The notes under the pieces are model-generated. The model saw nothing but the letters and a program-made list of their open reading frames with translations, searched no databases and was not told the origin of the DNA. The translations under genes and the position numbers were made by a program. Positions 38,391 through 51,815 of a stretch of 64,000 nucleotides of DNA are shown in pieces. How positions within the stretch are numbered: the first letter of the stretch is position 1; every line of letters begins with the position of its first letter. The DNA is from Octopus vulgaris (taxonomy: Eukaryota), in NCBI GenBank assembly GCA_951406725.2, contig OX597829.1:34844001-34908000 (forward strand). Direction: 5' to 3'.

Positions 38391-40661
38391 AAAGTCTTTC
38401 TAGCTACCCACCTCATGCATAAGTTATCCAGGACTACGCTCTCCAATGTGCTCTTTTTTTTTTTAAAGACAATGTGTGATTTGAGGGAGATTTGGCTACT
38501 GCTTCTAACAGGTCAAGCAACCACAAAGATGCTCCTTTGTTGCCTTGAGCAGTTGATGTGGTGAGAGCAGTGATTACTTCATTATCCATAAGGTTTATGC
38601 TTATGATTTTGATCAAACTCCAAAGGGTTTTAGTTTTTAGATTATTCTATTGATTTTTTTGTGCGTCTGATGGAAGGAAAGGGGCCAAAATCATGAGCTG
38701 GATGAAACAAAGATATGTATTTTTCACTTAAAAAACATGGTCTTTTTTTTTTTTTTTTTGCTGAATTTCAAGAAATGTTCGACAACAGTGTTTGCCTAAT
38801 ATGTTGAGACCGATATTAATATGGGGTGTAGTATTAGCATTATTATTGTTTAAATCTAGTTAATTCCTCTAAATAGTGTTTTAGAATTTACCCTGTGCTT
38901 TACGTATGATTTAAATGTTTGCCAAATTTTGGGGCGTTTTTAAGTTTATTTTCTTGTTTAATTGTATAATAGCGGTGGGTTATATATATCTACTGAGCAT
39001 GGTATAAGTTAATCCCTAGTTTAAATCAGGCTGGATAGTTCTGTTGTGTGTGGAGGATCTATACTTTTTATGTAGTTCTGGGATATTTTAGGATATTTCA
39101 GTAATAAATGTTTACATTGGGAATTGCGGTGTAGTTGAATTCTGCATATTTTGATGTTGTTTCCTAATTTTTTTTTTAAGGTTTGTTGTGTTGCTAAGCA
39201 TCAAGTGAATTTTTATTAAGTGAACCTATAATTAAATGCAGGCTAACCATAGCCACCCACCCTTTTTAAAGATTACATCATCAAATGTGTCCTCTATTTT
39301 ACACTGTAGGGAACGGGGTGGGGTGGAGTGGGTTGAAGATTTGTCTGCTATTTCTAGCAGGCCGAACGACCATATACAGGTTCTCTCGTTGCTCGCTCTG
39401 TGAGGCTACTTTTGTTTCAGCCACAAAAGAAAGGAAATAATTGAAGAAATGACAAGAAAATTTAAACAAAATATATATCACACTTTCTTTATAGGCATTT
39501 GTGTCTTGCATTTCGAGAGATTATATAAAAATTTGCATTAATATTTCCCTCATTTACATATCTAGCTTTGAAAAACAAGTTGTGTATAAAATGTTGTTGA
39601 AGCATTGTTTCTTTGTTCATTTAATACAATGTAATATTATAGAACTTCTACGAAATTTCAGCTGGCCTTTTGTTCCATTATACACGGCTTTCTTTAGCTT
39701 TTCAGTTAAATATATTGTTTAGGGCGTGGATGAAATTTTCTCACGATCCTAAGTTACATGTAAAAATCAATTGGCCTGTTTAATTTGGCACTGGCTGGTT
39801 GAATTTATAATTGTTTAAAGCTAGATTACAAAGAACAGATGTTTCTTTGTTTCCTTTTCTCTCAGACTAGAATAATATTTATTTGATTAAAATACAATGG
39901 CTCGTCCGATAGCGATTGATTCGTTTCTTGCATATGCATTATATACTAAAGTTCATATGTCGATTAGCTCTACAGGTTGGATGATTCAGTATATATGAAA
40001 ACTGACTCATCCCTTGGTCGTCTTCTTTCATTGATTAACCGAAAGAAAAAGATGTACAGTAGCCGACAATTATTTCGGCGAATATCCTAACGACTCCAAT
40101 CTCTACCATAAAGTAATTGTGTAGAGTGTGTGTGTGTGTGTGTGCGTGTATATATATATATATATACGCACACACACACACAAATACATACATACATACA
40201 TAGACACACATACACATGCATGAATAAACGCACATACACACGTGTGGGTAGGCGGAATATGACCAAATGATTAAGTTTGATGGTCTCGAACCCATTATGT
40301 GGGGATTTTGGGCGAATATCATTTTCTGTAACTACAGGTCAAAAGAAAATGTAGAAAAACCCGTCGAGTGCGCGCTGTACTTGTAATTTTAAAAAAATGG
40401 TACAGCCCGTGTCAGACTGATCCTGCCTGAGAATTACGTCAAGAAGACACGTGTCTGTAGAATGCTTATGTTAATTCAGGAGCAGATAATTCAGTTGATC
40501 GAACAATTGACGTGTGTGTTTGTACACAAACATGCATACATGCATATATGCATGCATGCATACGTTAAAGTACAAGTGAGGATATATAAACCTCAAGGGA
40601 ATAGAAATATCCATGATTAGACTGGTTGAATACCTAATAATATGGGCACACACATTATTTT

Positions 40662-40778
40662 TATAAAAACCAAGAGAAAGGATGGAGATAAGATTGATAA
40701 AAATTTATTAATACATAGACAAGACATGCAATTAAATTTTTATTAATCTTACATCTATCTTCTCTCTCGGTTTTTACA
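40662..40778. repeat. Short fold-back element, same family as 42467-42985
   Basis: Inverted arms aaaaaccaagagaaaggatggagataagattgataaaaattta / taaattttattaatcttacatctatcttctctctcggttttt. The upstream flank 40597-40655 resembles 42068-42128. Confidence 0.65.
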
Positions 40779-40804
40779 CATATATGTGTGTGTGTGTGTA
40801 CACA

Positions 40805-40935
<131 letters not shown>

Positions 40936-40946
40936 ATATCTACATG

Positions 40947-41008
<62 letters not shown>

Positions 41009-41108
41009 TATGTGTGTGTGTGTGTGTATGTGTATATATATAATAATTTTTTGCATAATTTGATAAAAGAAAACAAGGCTGTGTAGATATTAGAACATTT
41101 ATAGATAG

Positions 41109-41160
41109 GTCTTACAGCTGTTTCCAGGATATTTATTACTTATATCCCTTCATCAGAGAC
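41109..41160 (-). ncRNA. Type-I minimal hammerhead ribozyme
   Basis: gtct-CTGATGA-agggatat(aagtaataa)atatcctg-GAAAC-agct-GTA-agac: perfect stem I, stem II, palindromic stem III. Confidence 0.85.
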
Positions 41161-41292
41161 GGTGTGAGAGGATGGTTAAGTAATAGTTAGTTTAGATGTG
41201 ATACAAAATATAGAGTGAGGCGGAGAAAAGAATATAGATGTAAAGATATGTAGGGATATTGAAGTTGTAGATCCATTTTTGAGGCAGAATGA

Positions 41293-41323
<31 letters not shown>

Positions 41324-41393
41324 TACACATAAAATGTAACATGTGAATCGTCAATTTTTTCCTCTGTCTTCCTTTTCTATTAAACCTTCCCCT

Positions 41394-41428
41394 GTTTCTG
41401 AAGAAGAGCTTTGCTCGAAACGTTAAAC
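41394..41428 (+). ncRNA. Ultra-minimal hammerhead motif in a ~190-bp element (about 41340-41530)
   Basis: gttt-CTGAAGA-a-gagc(ttt)gctc-GAAAC-GTT-aaac. Confidence 0.65.
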
Positions 41429-41548
41429 CATCTTTCTTTCCTTCCCTGAGTGTCTGCTAATACTTTACATGTACCACGTCCTCACATTATTGTTTTTTTT
41501 TTTTTGCATTTGTGCGTCATCTTTTAATTTATATATATATATATATCT

Positions 41549-41967
41549 TACTCTTTTACTTGTTTCAGTCATTTGATTGTGGCCATGCTGGAGCACCACC
41601 TTTTTTTTTAGTCGAGCAAATTAACCCCAGGACTTATTCTTTGTAAGCCTAGTACTTATTCTATCGGTCTCTTTTGCTGAACCACTAAGTTACAGGGACG
41701 TAAACACACCAGCATCAGTTGTCATGCGATGTTGGGGGGACAAACACAGACACACAAACATATACACACATACATACATACATACACACATACATACATA
41801 TATATGACAGGCGTCTTTCAGTTTCTGTGTACCAAATCCACTCACAAGGCTTTGGTCAGCCCGAGGCTATAGAAGAAGACACTTGCCCAAGGTGCAACGC
41901 AGTGGGACTAAGCCCGGGACCATGTCATTGGTAAGCAAGCTACCTACCACACAGCCACTCCTATGCC
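41549..41967 (-). mobile_element. tRNA-derived SINE, full length
   Basis: Reverse complement of the 36409-36812 family. Confidence 0.9.
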
Positions 41968-42129
41968 TTTTTTTTCATTATTATTATTGAGAGAGCAGTG
42001 CATGCCATCAAAGTGACACTGGGGTAAAATATACGAAGCCCAGTATACCCATCATGACTACCTCAGAGGGATAGAAGTATCCAACATTACTCTGGTTGAA
42101 TACCTTATAATATAGGCACACATATTCTT

Positions 42130-42453
42130 TTATTCTTTTACTTGTTTCAGCCATTTGACTGTGGCCATGCTGGAGCACTGCCTTTAGTCGAGCAAATCAA
42201 CCCCAAGACTTATTCTTTGTAAACCTAGTACTCGTTCTATCAAGTTCTTTTGCTGAACCACTAAGTTACGGAGATGTAAACATGCCAGCATTGGTTGTCG
42301 AACAATGTTGGGGGAGACAAACACACACACATATATATACAACAGGCTTCTTTCAGTTTCTGCCTACCAAATCCACTCAGAAGGCTTTGGCCAGCCTGAG
42401 GCTATGGTCAGCTTGACACTTGCCCAAGGTGCCACGTGGTGGAACTGAACCCA
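42130..42453 (-). mobile_element. tRNA-derived SINE, head truncated
   Basis: Same family as 36409-36812. Confidence 0.85.
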
Positions 42454-42466
42454 AATATATTATTAT

Positions 42467-42978
42467 TATAAAAATGAAGAGAGATGGCGATAAGATTAAT
42501 AAAAATTTATCAAAAGATTGATAAGACCTACAATTGTTTCAATTCCTCACTTATAGCATAAAATCAATCAAATTTAATTTAATTAGATCAATTTGATTAA
42601 TTATTATAAGCCAGAATATCATCAGGGAAGAACGTACAAAGAAATTTATATATAACATATTGAAAACATTAAATAAACAAACAAGAAAAATACAGTGTAC
42701 CCATTAAAATTAATACATAATATAACTGTATATATTTTAAAATTATGTATTAATTTTAATGGTACACTGTATTTTTCCTGTTTGCTTATTTAATGTTTTT
42801 CATTTTGTTTTCAATATGTTATATATAAATTTCGTTGTATGTTCTTCCCTGATGATATTTTGATTTAATTAAATTAAATTTAATTAATTTTATGCTTTAA
42901 GCAATGAATTGGAATAATTGTAGGTTTTGTCAATGTATTAATAAATTCTTAATTATATTATCTCCATCTTCTCTCTTG

Positions 42979-42985
<7 letters not shown>
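42467..42985. repeat. ~520-bp imperfect palindrome with hammerhead motifs in its arms
   Basis: Arms of ~250 bp (e.g. atatcatcagggaagaac / gttcttccctgatgatat; tacagtgtacc / ggtacactgta). Minus strand 42627-42527 reads cc-CTGATGA-long stem II-GAAAC-aatt-GTA-gg. Confidence 0.85.
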
Positions 42986-43040
<55 letters not shown>

Positions 43041-43109
43041 ATAGATAGATAAATAGATAGATAATACATATATGTGTATAAATATATATATATATATATA
43101 TAGACTATA

Positions 43110-43176
43110 CTTTATTTAAAGCAGCAGAAAATTCAACAAACAAAATTTGTTGAATTTTCTGCTGCTTTAAATAAAG
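43110..43176. repeat. Perfect 31-bp inverted repeat with 5-nt loop
   Basis: ctttatttaaagcagcagaaaattcaacaaa-caaaa-tttgttgaattttctgctgctttaaataaag. Confidence 0.95.
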
Positions 43177-43291
43177 CATATTACTCTACCACTGGTATTT
43201 GAGTACTCTTTTTTTCCACCTTGTTTCACATTTATGTGTTTACTCCGGTATATATAAACTATAGATAGATTATATATATGTGTGTGTGTAT

Positions 43292-43470
43292 GATAGATCA
43301 CTAGCCACTAAACCTTTTCCATTTTCTCTCCCTGTTTATTTCTGTTATCCTTTCTGTTGAAGAGCATAGGCTCGAAATGTAAAAGACTGTCTCACTTCTC
43401 GAGTGTTAAACTAATACATCTGTTCTTTACAAACCTGTCATCGTCTTTTGTTTTTTTGTAAATTCTCACT
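43292..43470 (+). mobile_element. ~180-bp element with variant hammerhead motif at 43350-43385; copies at 53548-53730, 57917-58092 and partial 48410-48468(-)
   Basis: cttt-CTGTTGA-a-gagc(atag)gctc-GAAAT-GTA-aaag; shared flanks gatagatc..tagc and ..aaattctc.ct(TA)n. Confidence 0.65.
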
Positions 43471-43590
43471 ATATATATATATATATATATATAAAGTTAA
43501 TCCAAACAAGAAAGCACAAAAAAACACAACACGAGGACGTGGAACAAATATAGTATTATTGGACGCTCAGGAAAGAAGGGAAGAAGGAGG

Positions 43591-43625
43591 GTTTAACGTT
43601 TCGAGCGGAGCTCTTCATCGGAAAC
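43591..43625 (-). ncRNA. Hammerhead motif variant, same family as 41394
   Basis: gttt-CCGATGA-a-gagc(tcc)gctc-GAAAC-GTT-aaac. Confidence 0.6.
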
Positions 43626-43696
43626 ATAGAAGAAAAGATCCAGAGAAGGGAAGACAGAGGAAAAAAAATCCCCAACGGTACACACGCGGTCACATT

Positions 43697-43727
<31 letters not shown>

Positions 43728-43730
43728 CGT

Positions 43731-43766
<36 letters not shown>

Positions 43767-43818
43767 GTGTTTATATATATATATAAATATATATATACTA
43801 TATATACATATATATATA

Positions 43819-44008
43819 TGTGCGGGTGGCACGTAAAAAGCACCCACTACACTCACGGAGTGGTTGGCGTTAGGAAGGGCATCCAGCCGTAGAAACACTG
43901 CCAGATTTGACTGGGCCTGATGAAGCCTTCCAGCTTCACAGACCCCAGTTGAACCGTCCAACCCATGCTAGAATGGAAAGCGGACGCTAAATGATGATGA
44001 TGATGATG

Positions 44009-44010
<2 letters not shown>
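43819..44010 (+). mobile_element. RTE 3'-end fragment within (TA)n
   Basis: Matches 32365-32560, with (GAT)n tail. Confidence 0.88.
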
Positions 44011-44047
<37 letters not shown>

Positions 44048-44231
44048 TTATTTATATATTCGTTTTATATATATGTTATGTATATTATTGTGTCTGGGAA
44101 GAGTCATTCTCTTTTAGTGCCTTATTATTTAACACACTCACCGGTTCGATTTCCACCCATTTAGTTATTTATTCTTTCTAAAATTTTCGTTACGTTTTGC
44201 AACATTTGCTATAGTCGTTGACTCATATATC

Positions 44232-44282
<51 letters not shown>

Positions 44283-44303
44283 TTATATTTATATACATTG
44301 TAT

Positions 44304-44334
<31 letters not shown>

Positions 44335-44354
44335 AAATTTTTTTAAAAATTTTA

Positions 44355-44398
44355 TCTAGTTTCAGCTCACGAGCTGTGGCCATGCTGGGGCACCGCCA
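44355..44398 (-). mobile_element. Isolated LINE 3'-tail stem-loop
   Basis: ggcggtgccccagcatggccacagctcgtgagctgaaacta resembles 48231-48270. Confidence 0.7.
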
Positions 44399-44408
44399 TT
44401 ATATACAT

Positions 44409-44445
<37 letters not shown>

Positions 44446-44560
44446 TATATATATACGCTATATGTATATACATACATTATATATTATGCTATGTACATAT
44501 ATGCTACATATACATATATATATATATATATGTATATATCTCTGTGTGTGTGTATATATA

Positions 44561-44596
<36 letters not shown>

Positions 44597-45393
44597 TGTA
44601 TGTATGTATGTATATAGCATTATGACTCACACATACGTCGAAACCGACAGGAGAGCCCATCATATACTTTTCATATATATATATGTATATATCGTTTTTA
44701 GAAAGCAAAAATCCGGAGAAGCACAAAAAAAAAAAAAATTAAGGGTGGTTTTGATGGGGACAACGGACGGAAGTCTTTCCCGATTTCGTCATTCGAAGCA
44801 AAAGAATCTCGGTTAATAATATAAGCGTTGAACACAAAAAAAAATAAAAGATGAATGGGATGGGGGGGGGGAAGGACGTGATCTGTTGTTGGAAAGGGAG
44901 AAGAAAAGAAAAAGAGGAAAGTTTGGAAGCTATTATTGCTCATCAAGGATATTAGGTTTGAGATCGAACCCACAAACACGAGAGCGAACGGCGGTATTAA
45001 GACAGAGACAGACACACACCACACACACATATACACACACGTGTGAGTGAGCAAGTGAAACGTCCAGCTAATTGGTTACTACATTGTATATATTTGTCTT
45101 ACAGTAAAGACGTAAATATCTTGTGTTCAACAAATGTCTTCATCCTACACACACATCGACATGTGTATATGCATACACACACACACATACATACATATGC
45201 ATTCCTAAATTATTCACTCACATGCAATACACATACAAAAACGAATATGCACATATTCATATTGCACTTGACTTATAGGAGGGAAATGTGTATGCGTGAG
45301 AGTGTAGTTCTTTGAGGAAGACAATTATAACACTAATATGCGTATATTCTCTCCGTATGCGTATTGCAGGCGAGTGAATATATATATACATAC

Positions 45394-45495
<102 letters not shown>

Positions 45496-45670
45496 TATGC
45501 GTATTGCACGTAAGTGATAATATATATATATATGTGTGTGTGTGTGTGTAATCCTGCTACCAGTTCTAATAAACCCGTCAGACATTCACTATTTCTCAAA
45601 ATATGCCTCAAATAAATTTGAACCGGTAACAAATTTATATTTGTACACTTCAACTGCTCAGTGCTTCTAT

Positions 45671-45737
<67 letters not shown>

Positions 45738-46608
45738 ACGGGCTAACGGGCACTATACATTAACTATCATGCTGTTTCTATCTGAATGTATATTTAATTA
45801 CCTATTTATATATGCCTAGGAGGAAGGAATGTTCGTATGTGTATCTGTCCATTATTAGATGGGTAAATTTCAACAAGTACGCGCATTAATTCGTACGAGG
45901 CTTTAAAGTGGTTTTCATATAGTACTCAGATAGCAGAATAGTTTCTTCAATAATAGAATATAGGTATGTGCGTGTACGTACATACACACATACATTTGTC
46001 GTGTATATATAACCACCCTACATGGTTCTTTTTTATACTTGGCAATAATTATTAGTCACTGTTGGACACTCCCTTTCATCAGCTGTCGATTGGCGATCAT
46101 GATTCTACAACAAATAAATTTAGGGCTATATATATCAATTCATCCTACCGTTGTTTATATATACACTCTAAGCTTCGCATCACTAGTGGTTTTACGACAA
46201 ACATACATATGCATGCACGCACACATACACACCGCGCGCGCGCGCGTACATACACACCTAAAAAAACACACACAATGTAAACATAAATAAACATAGGTAC
46301 CCATGTATACATACATTTTGAACTTTGTGTATATACCCAAGCACGCGAACACAAACATACGAACGCACAAACATAAATATATATATAGAAGTTATACTCA
46401 CATTTTCGTCCGGTGGTGTGGTGAATAATATATATATACATATATCATATATATATATATTTAATAGAATATGCAATCATATATACATATACACACATAT
46501 ATACATGAATGTGTGTTTGTATATTAGCATATATTCTTATTTATACATGTGTATGTATTCATATATCTATTTCTACATTATGTATGTATGTATATATATA
46601 TATTTTTC

Positions 46609-46648
<40 letters not shown>

Positions 46649-47113
46649 GCACACACACACACACACGCAAATTATATACACCCGGCTACGTAATAATCCA
46701 TGCCGTCACGATCGTCGTTCATTGTGTAGAACCAACTATAGAGAAGCCTCAATGAGCCAGAAGACGATGATGATAAAGATAATAATAATAGTAATAATAA
46801 TAACGATGTAGATGAAAACGGAGGCGTTATTACGGTATTAATCAGCAGCAGCGGCTTCGTCCCAGCATCCGCATCATTCACATCTCAGATGCTGGCAAGC
46901 AGTTGTCTGCCCTTGGATGGTAATCTAGACCATTGTTCATGAGTTCATAATACATTCATAAATATATGCATGTGTATGTATATGCATGTTTATGTCTATA
47001 TACATGTGTGTGTGTGTGTGTGTTTACGTGTATGTGTATATGTATGTATATATGCTTATATATTTATTATGTATAATATATGTGTATGTATTTCATATAT
47101 ATATATATATATT

Positions 47114-47155
<42 letters not shown>

Positions 47156-47202
47156 TTAAGGAGTATGGCTATATATTTTATATATTTGGTTTTATCTCTA
47201 AT

Positions 47203-47304
<102 letters not shown>

Positions 47305-47361
47305 TTTATAAAAAAACATTAAAATCTGAAAGAAGCACACTCTAAGATGTAGAGCAGTATA

Positions 47362-47698
47362 TATTAAAAATGGGGAAGGCAAGTTAATGGGATTACTTTA
47401 GATTTCCTGTCCATAAAGGGTTTGATTTTTAATGGTGTATTTTCAGATCCCAAAAACCTGTTGGCCCAGGAGCTCTTAAAAAAAAAAAACAGGTGCGGGG
47501 GGGGGGGATGCTTCACTGCACAAAGGCAACAATTGGAGATAATAACCAATTGTTACCTTTGAGTAGTGAGGCATTTCCTCCTCCATATATTTAACAGGTC
47601 ATGGGCCAACAGGTTTTTGGGATCTGATGAAATGCCACAAACCTAAACTCTTTATGGATGGGAAACCTAAGATAATCCCATAAACCAGCCTTCCTTAG

Positions 47699-47705
<7 letters not shown>
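47362..47705. repeat. Fold-back element, ~110-bp arms each with a hammerhead-like motif
   Basis: tcagatcccaaaaacctgttggccca / tgggccaacaggtttttgggatctga. 47619-47679 reads gggat-CTGATGA...GAAAC-ctaag-ATA-atccc. Confidence 0.8.
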
Positions 47706-47754
<49 letters not shown>

Positions 47755-47907
47755 TTATATATAATATATATATTATATTTATATATAATATATATATATT
47801 ATATTTATATATAATATATATATATTATATTTATATTTATATTATATTTATATATAATATATATATATATATATTATATTTATATATGATATATATATAT
47901 ATATATA

Positions 47908-47964
<57 letters not shown>

Positions 47965-47967
47965 TAT

Positions 47968-48274
47968 ATCATGCTTCAGGACCAGCTTCTGCAACAGCCT
48001 GGGTTTCAAGGGCCCACAGCTTTTTAATATTCTCCCAAAGAGTCTGAGGAACTGGAACAAAGTAGATGTAGCAGTTTTTAAATCAAAGCTGGACATCTTC
48101 CTGTCGAGAGTCCCAGATGAACCTACCTCACAGCAAGAGGTGCAAATGAGAGTAGCTATGTCAAACTCCATTCTTCACCAAGTGCCACATATTAGAGGAG
48201 GTTCTTCGTAATAACAGTGTAGCACAAAACGGCGGTGCATCAGCATGGCCGCAGCTCTAAGCTGAAACAAAAAA
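47968..48274 (+). mobile_element. CR1/L2-group LINE 3' end within (TA)n
   Basis: Reads NSLGFKGPQLFNILPKSLRN..FKSKLDIFLSRVPDEP..SNSILHQ, stop at 48209, then a short 3' UTR with a hairpin. Confidence 0.8.
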
Positions 48275-48318
48275 TATATATATATATATATTATATTTAT
48301 ATATATATAATACATATA

Positions 48319-48361
<43 letters not shown>

Positions 48362-48492
48362 TATATTATATTTATATATACATATAATATATATAGAATA
48401 TATACATATAATTCAAATTTACAGAAAACAAAAGACGAAGACAGATGAAGGAAAAACAAGCAGGTGTATGTGTGTGTGTATTTTTATATATA

Positions 48493-50476
48493 TCATCATC
48501 ATCATCATCATAATTTAATGTCGTTTTCCAGTTCGACCGGGCTCTGGGAAGCCAGGAGGCTGCACCCGGCTCCAGTCTGACCTGGCAGTGTTTCTACAGC
48601 TTGATGCCTTTCCTAACGCCAACCACTCCGTGAGTGTAGTGGCTGCTTCTTACATGCCACTGGCACAGGTGCCAGGGGAGGCTGGGAATAGTCACGATTG
48701 GTTGGTGTTTTTTACGTGCCACCAGCACGGAAGCCAGTCAAAGCAGCGCTGGCATCGGCCACGTATGGATGGGGCTTTTTACGTGCCACCGGCACAGGTG
48801 CCAGGGCAGGCTGGCAACAGCCACAATCAGTTGGTGCTTTTTACATGCCACCGGCACAGGTGCCAGGGCAGGCTGGCAACAGCCACAATCGGTTGGTGCT
48901 TTTTACGTGCCAGGGCAGGCTGGCAACAGTCACAACTGGTTGGTGCTTTTTATGTGCCAGGGCAGGCTGGCAACAGTCACAACTGGTTGGTGCTTTTTAC
49001 GTGCCACTGGCATGGAAGCCAATCAAGATGGCGCTGGCATCAGCCATGTACGGATGGTGCATTTTACATGCCACCGGCACAGGTATCACAACTACAATCT
49101 CCATTTGATTTTTGATGTTGATGGTGATGTACTACAAGCACAGCAGGTCGCCCTACGATACAAGGTAAGTACAGCAGACCGTCCTGCGATCCAAGGCACT
49201 TTGGAAGGGCTGGGGCTTCTATGTGAAGCTGGTGCAGGAAACAGCCATGAACTCACATTATTTGTCGGGTCTTTGCAGTCACAGCATATCTCCAGAGGTT
49301 TTGGTCTTTCGTCATTGCCTCTGTGAGGCCCAGTGTTCAAAGGTTATGCTTGACCACCTCATCCCATGTCTTCCTGGGTCTACCTCTACCCTGGATTCCT
49401 TCAACTGTTTGAGAGTGGCACTTCTTCACACATCTCTCTTCATCCATCCATAGAACATGACGTTACCAGTGCAGATGTCTCTCTTGCATACCACATCCAG
49501 TGCTTCTTATATCCAGCATTTCTCTCAGGGCACTTGCACTCTGTTGTGTATGCACACTGACATTACACATCCATTGGATCATGCTAGCTTCATTTCTTTC
49601 AAGCCTACACATGTCCTCTGCAGTCACAGCCCATGAAGTTGGCAGTTCGCGCACATCGTCGCACAATCTACCTTTCACTTTGAGTGAGAGACCCTTTGTC
49701 ACCAGTAGGGGTAGGATCTTTCTAAACTTTGCCCAGGCTATTCTTATTCTAGTGGTAACACTCTCTGAGCATCAACCCCCACTACTAACTTGGTCACATA
49801 GGTAGCAGAAACTATCAACTACTTCTAGTTTCTCCCCCAGGAGTGTAATGAAATCTGTTTTCTGAGTATCAATGGTGTCTATTGCCCCTGTGCATCTGCT
49901 GCACACGAAAGCTATCTTCTCGGTTAATTTTCCTTTGATGGTGCTGCACGTCTTATGTGTCCATAGTTTACACTGGGTACGTCTCATGGAGTTTCTACCT
50001 ACACCTTTTCTACAGATCGAGCAGGGTATATATATTACATATATACCTGAAGGGGTGTGTGGTGTGTTTGACTTCCTACTTTCTAGAACTTTGGTCTTTA
50101 CTATATTGACTCTAAGGCCTTTTGATTCTAAACCTAGCTTCCACACCTGAAATTTCTTTTCTAGTTCTGGTAATGATTCTGCTATGGGGGCCAGGTCATC
50201 AGCATAGAGGAGCTCCAAGGGGCAACCTGTCTTGAATTTCTCTGTTATTGCCTGGAGGGCTATGATGAATAAAAGGTGACTGAGGGCTGAACCTTGGTGG
50301 ACCCCTACATCTACCCAGAATTCTTCACTGTACTCATTGCCAATCCTAACCTTGCTGATGGCCTCTCTGTAAAGGGCCTGTACAGCCTTTATTAACCATC
50401 TCCAGTTTCCGCATTGCCCACCGGATAAGGGATTGGGGGACCCTGTCAAAGGCTTTCTCCAAGTCCATGAAAGCTA
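48493..50476 (-). mobile_element. RTE LINE, 5'-truncated, with PHD-like insert and expanded 3' UTR subrepeats
   Basis: AFMDLEKAFDRVP, GVHQGSALS, LLYADDL, CSICRKGVG..QCKLWTHKTC..CSRC, (GAT)n tail. Confidence 0.92.
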
Positions 50477-50835
50477 TGTATATATAGCACGATAGCTATA
50501 AATATATGGCTTAAGTCACATGTATTGCATGTATTAACCATTTGTCAATCTCCAGTTTCCGCATCGCCCACCAGATAAGGGATCAGGGGACCCTGTCAAA
50601 GGCTTTCTCCAAGTCCATGAAAGCTATGTATATATAGCACGATAGCTATAAATATATGGCTTAAGTCACATGTATTGCATGTATTAACCATTCGTCAATC
50701 TCCAGTTTCCGCATCGCGCACCAGATAAGGGATCGGGGGACCCTGTCAAAGGCTTTCTCCAAGTCCATGAAAGCTATGTATATATAGTACGAAAGCTATA
50801 GATATATAGTTTAAGTCACATGTATTGCATGTATT
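50391..50835. repeat. Tandem triplication, ~150-bp unit
   Basis: attaacca at 50391, 50533 and 50683; each unit contains gaccctgtcaaaggctttctccaagtccatgaaagctatgtatatatag. Confidence 0.92.
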
Positions 50836-51815
50836 GGGTTGTATGGAGAGGCATCATATCCAATGATTGGTGTAGCAGCATCATCGTCGACTGTTACAAG
50901 GATAACTGAGACACTTTACAAAGAAATAATTACAGAGATATCAAATTACTAGACCTGGTTATGAAAGTCACTGAAAGAGTCATAACCAAGATAGTTAGAA
51001 AGAAAGTTAACCTAGATGAAATGCACTACTTATATTCTCTTAATAATCTGGTACCTGCAGGAGAAGTATGTAGCAAAAAGTAAATTAATGTACTTAGCAT
51101 TGTTGACCTGGAGAAAGCCTTTGACAGAGTTCCTTCATCTCTCATCAAGTGGTTGTTGTGAAAGCTTGTAAGAGCCATTCAAGCCATGTACAGTGATACT
51201 GTTAGCAAAATGAGAGTTAATGAATACAGCAATAAATTTAGCTTGCAAATAGAAGTTCATCAGGGTTTGGTTATCAGTCCCCTCTTATTTAGTCCTGGTT
51301 GCCCAAGGGACCTTGTTCTTATAGTTGAGACTGTAGGACAATTAGAACTAAAATTCCAAGAGTGGAAACAAAATCTGGAATCAAAGGGTCTTAAATTTAA
51401 CTTAGCAAAGACTAATACTCTAATTGGCAGGAGAACAAACAGGTCACTAATAAATGCAGATGACATGCAAAGACTTGGAAGAAATGAAGTTAATATGCTC
51501 TGCTGAATGTGCAATGTCAGTATACATGTAGAACAAATTACAAATGTGCTTAGATAAAAATTGGACATATGAGATATGAGATGTGGTATGTAGGAGAACA
51601 GTCTGTGCTACTATGGTCATGTGGTGTGAATGGATGTGGACAACTGTACAAAGAACTGCCGATTGCTAAATTTGGAATGTCCCTTTGAAAGAAGGAGATC
51701 AAGGAAAATGTGGGACAAAGTAGTGAAGACTGGCCTCAAGATGTTGAGCTTCTCAGAGATAACTTGGAACCAAGATGAATGGTAATATGTGGTGCTTGAG
51801 AAGACCTGTACATCT
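50836..51815 (+). mobile_element. Old RTE LINE relic with deletions
   Basis: NYRDIKLLDLVMKV, DLEKAFDRVP, EVHQGLVISPLLF, LESKGLKFNLAKT. Confidence 0.82.
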
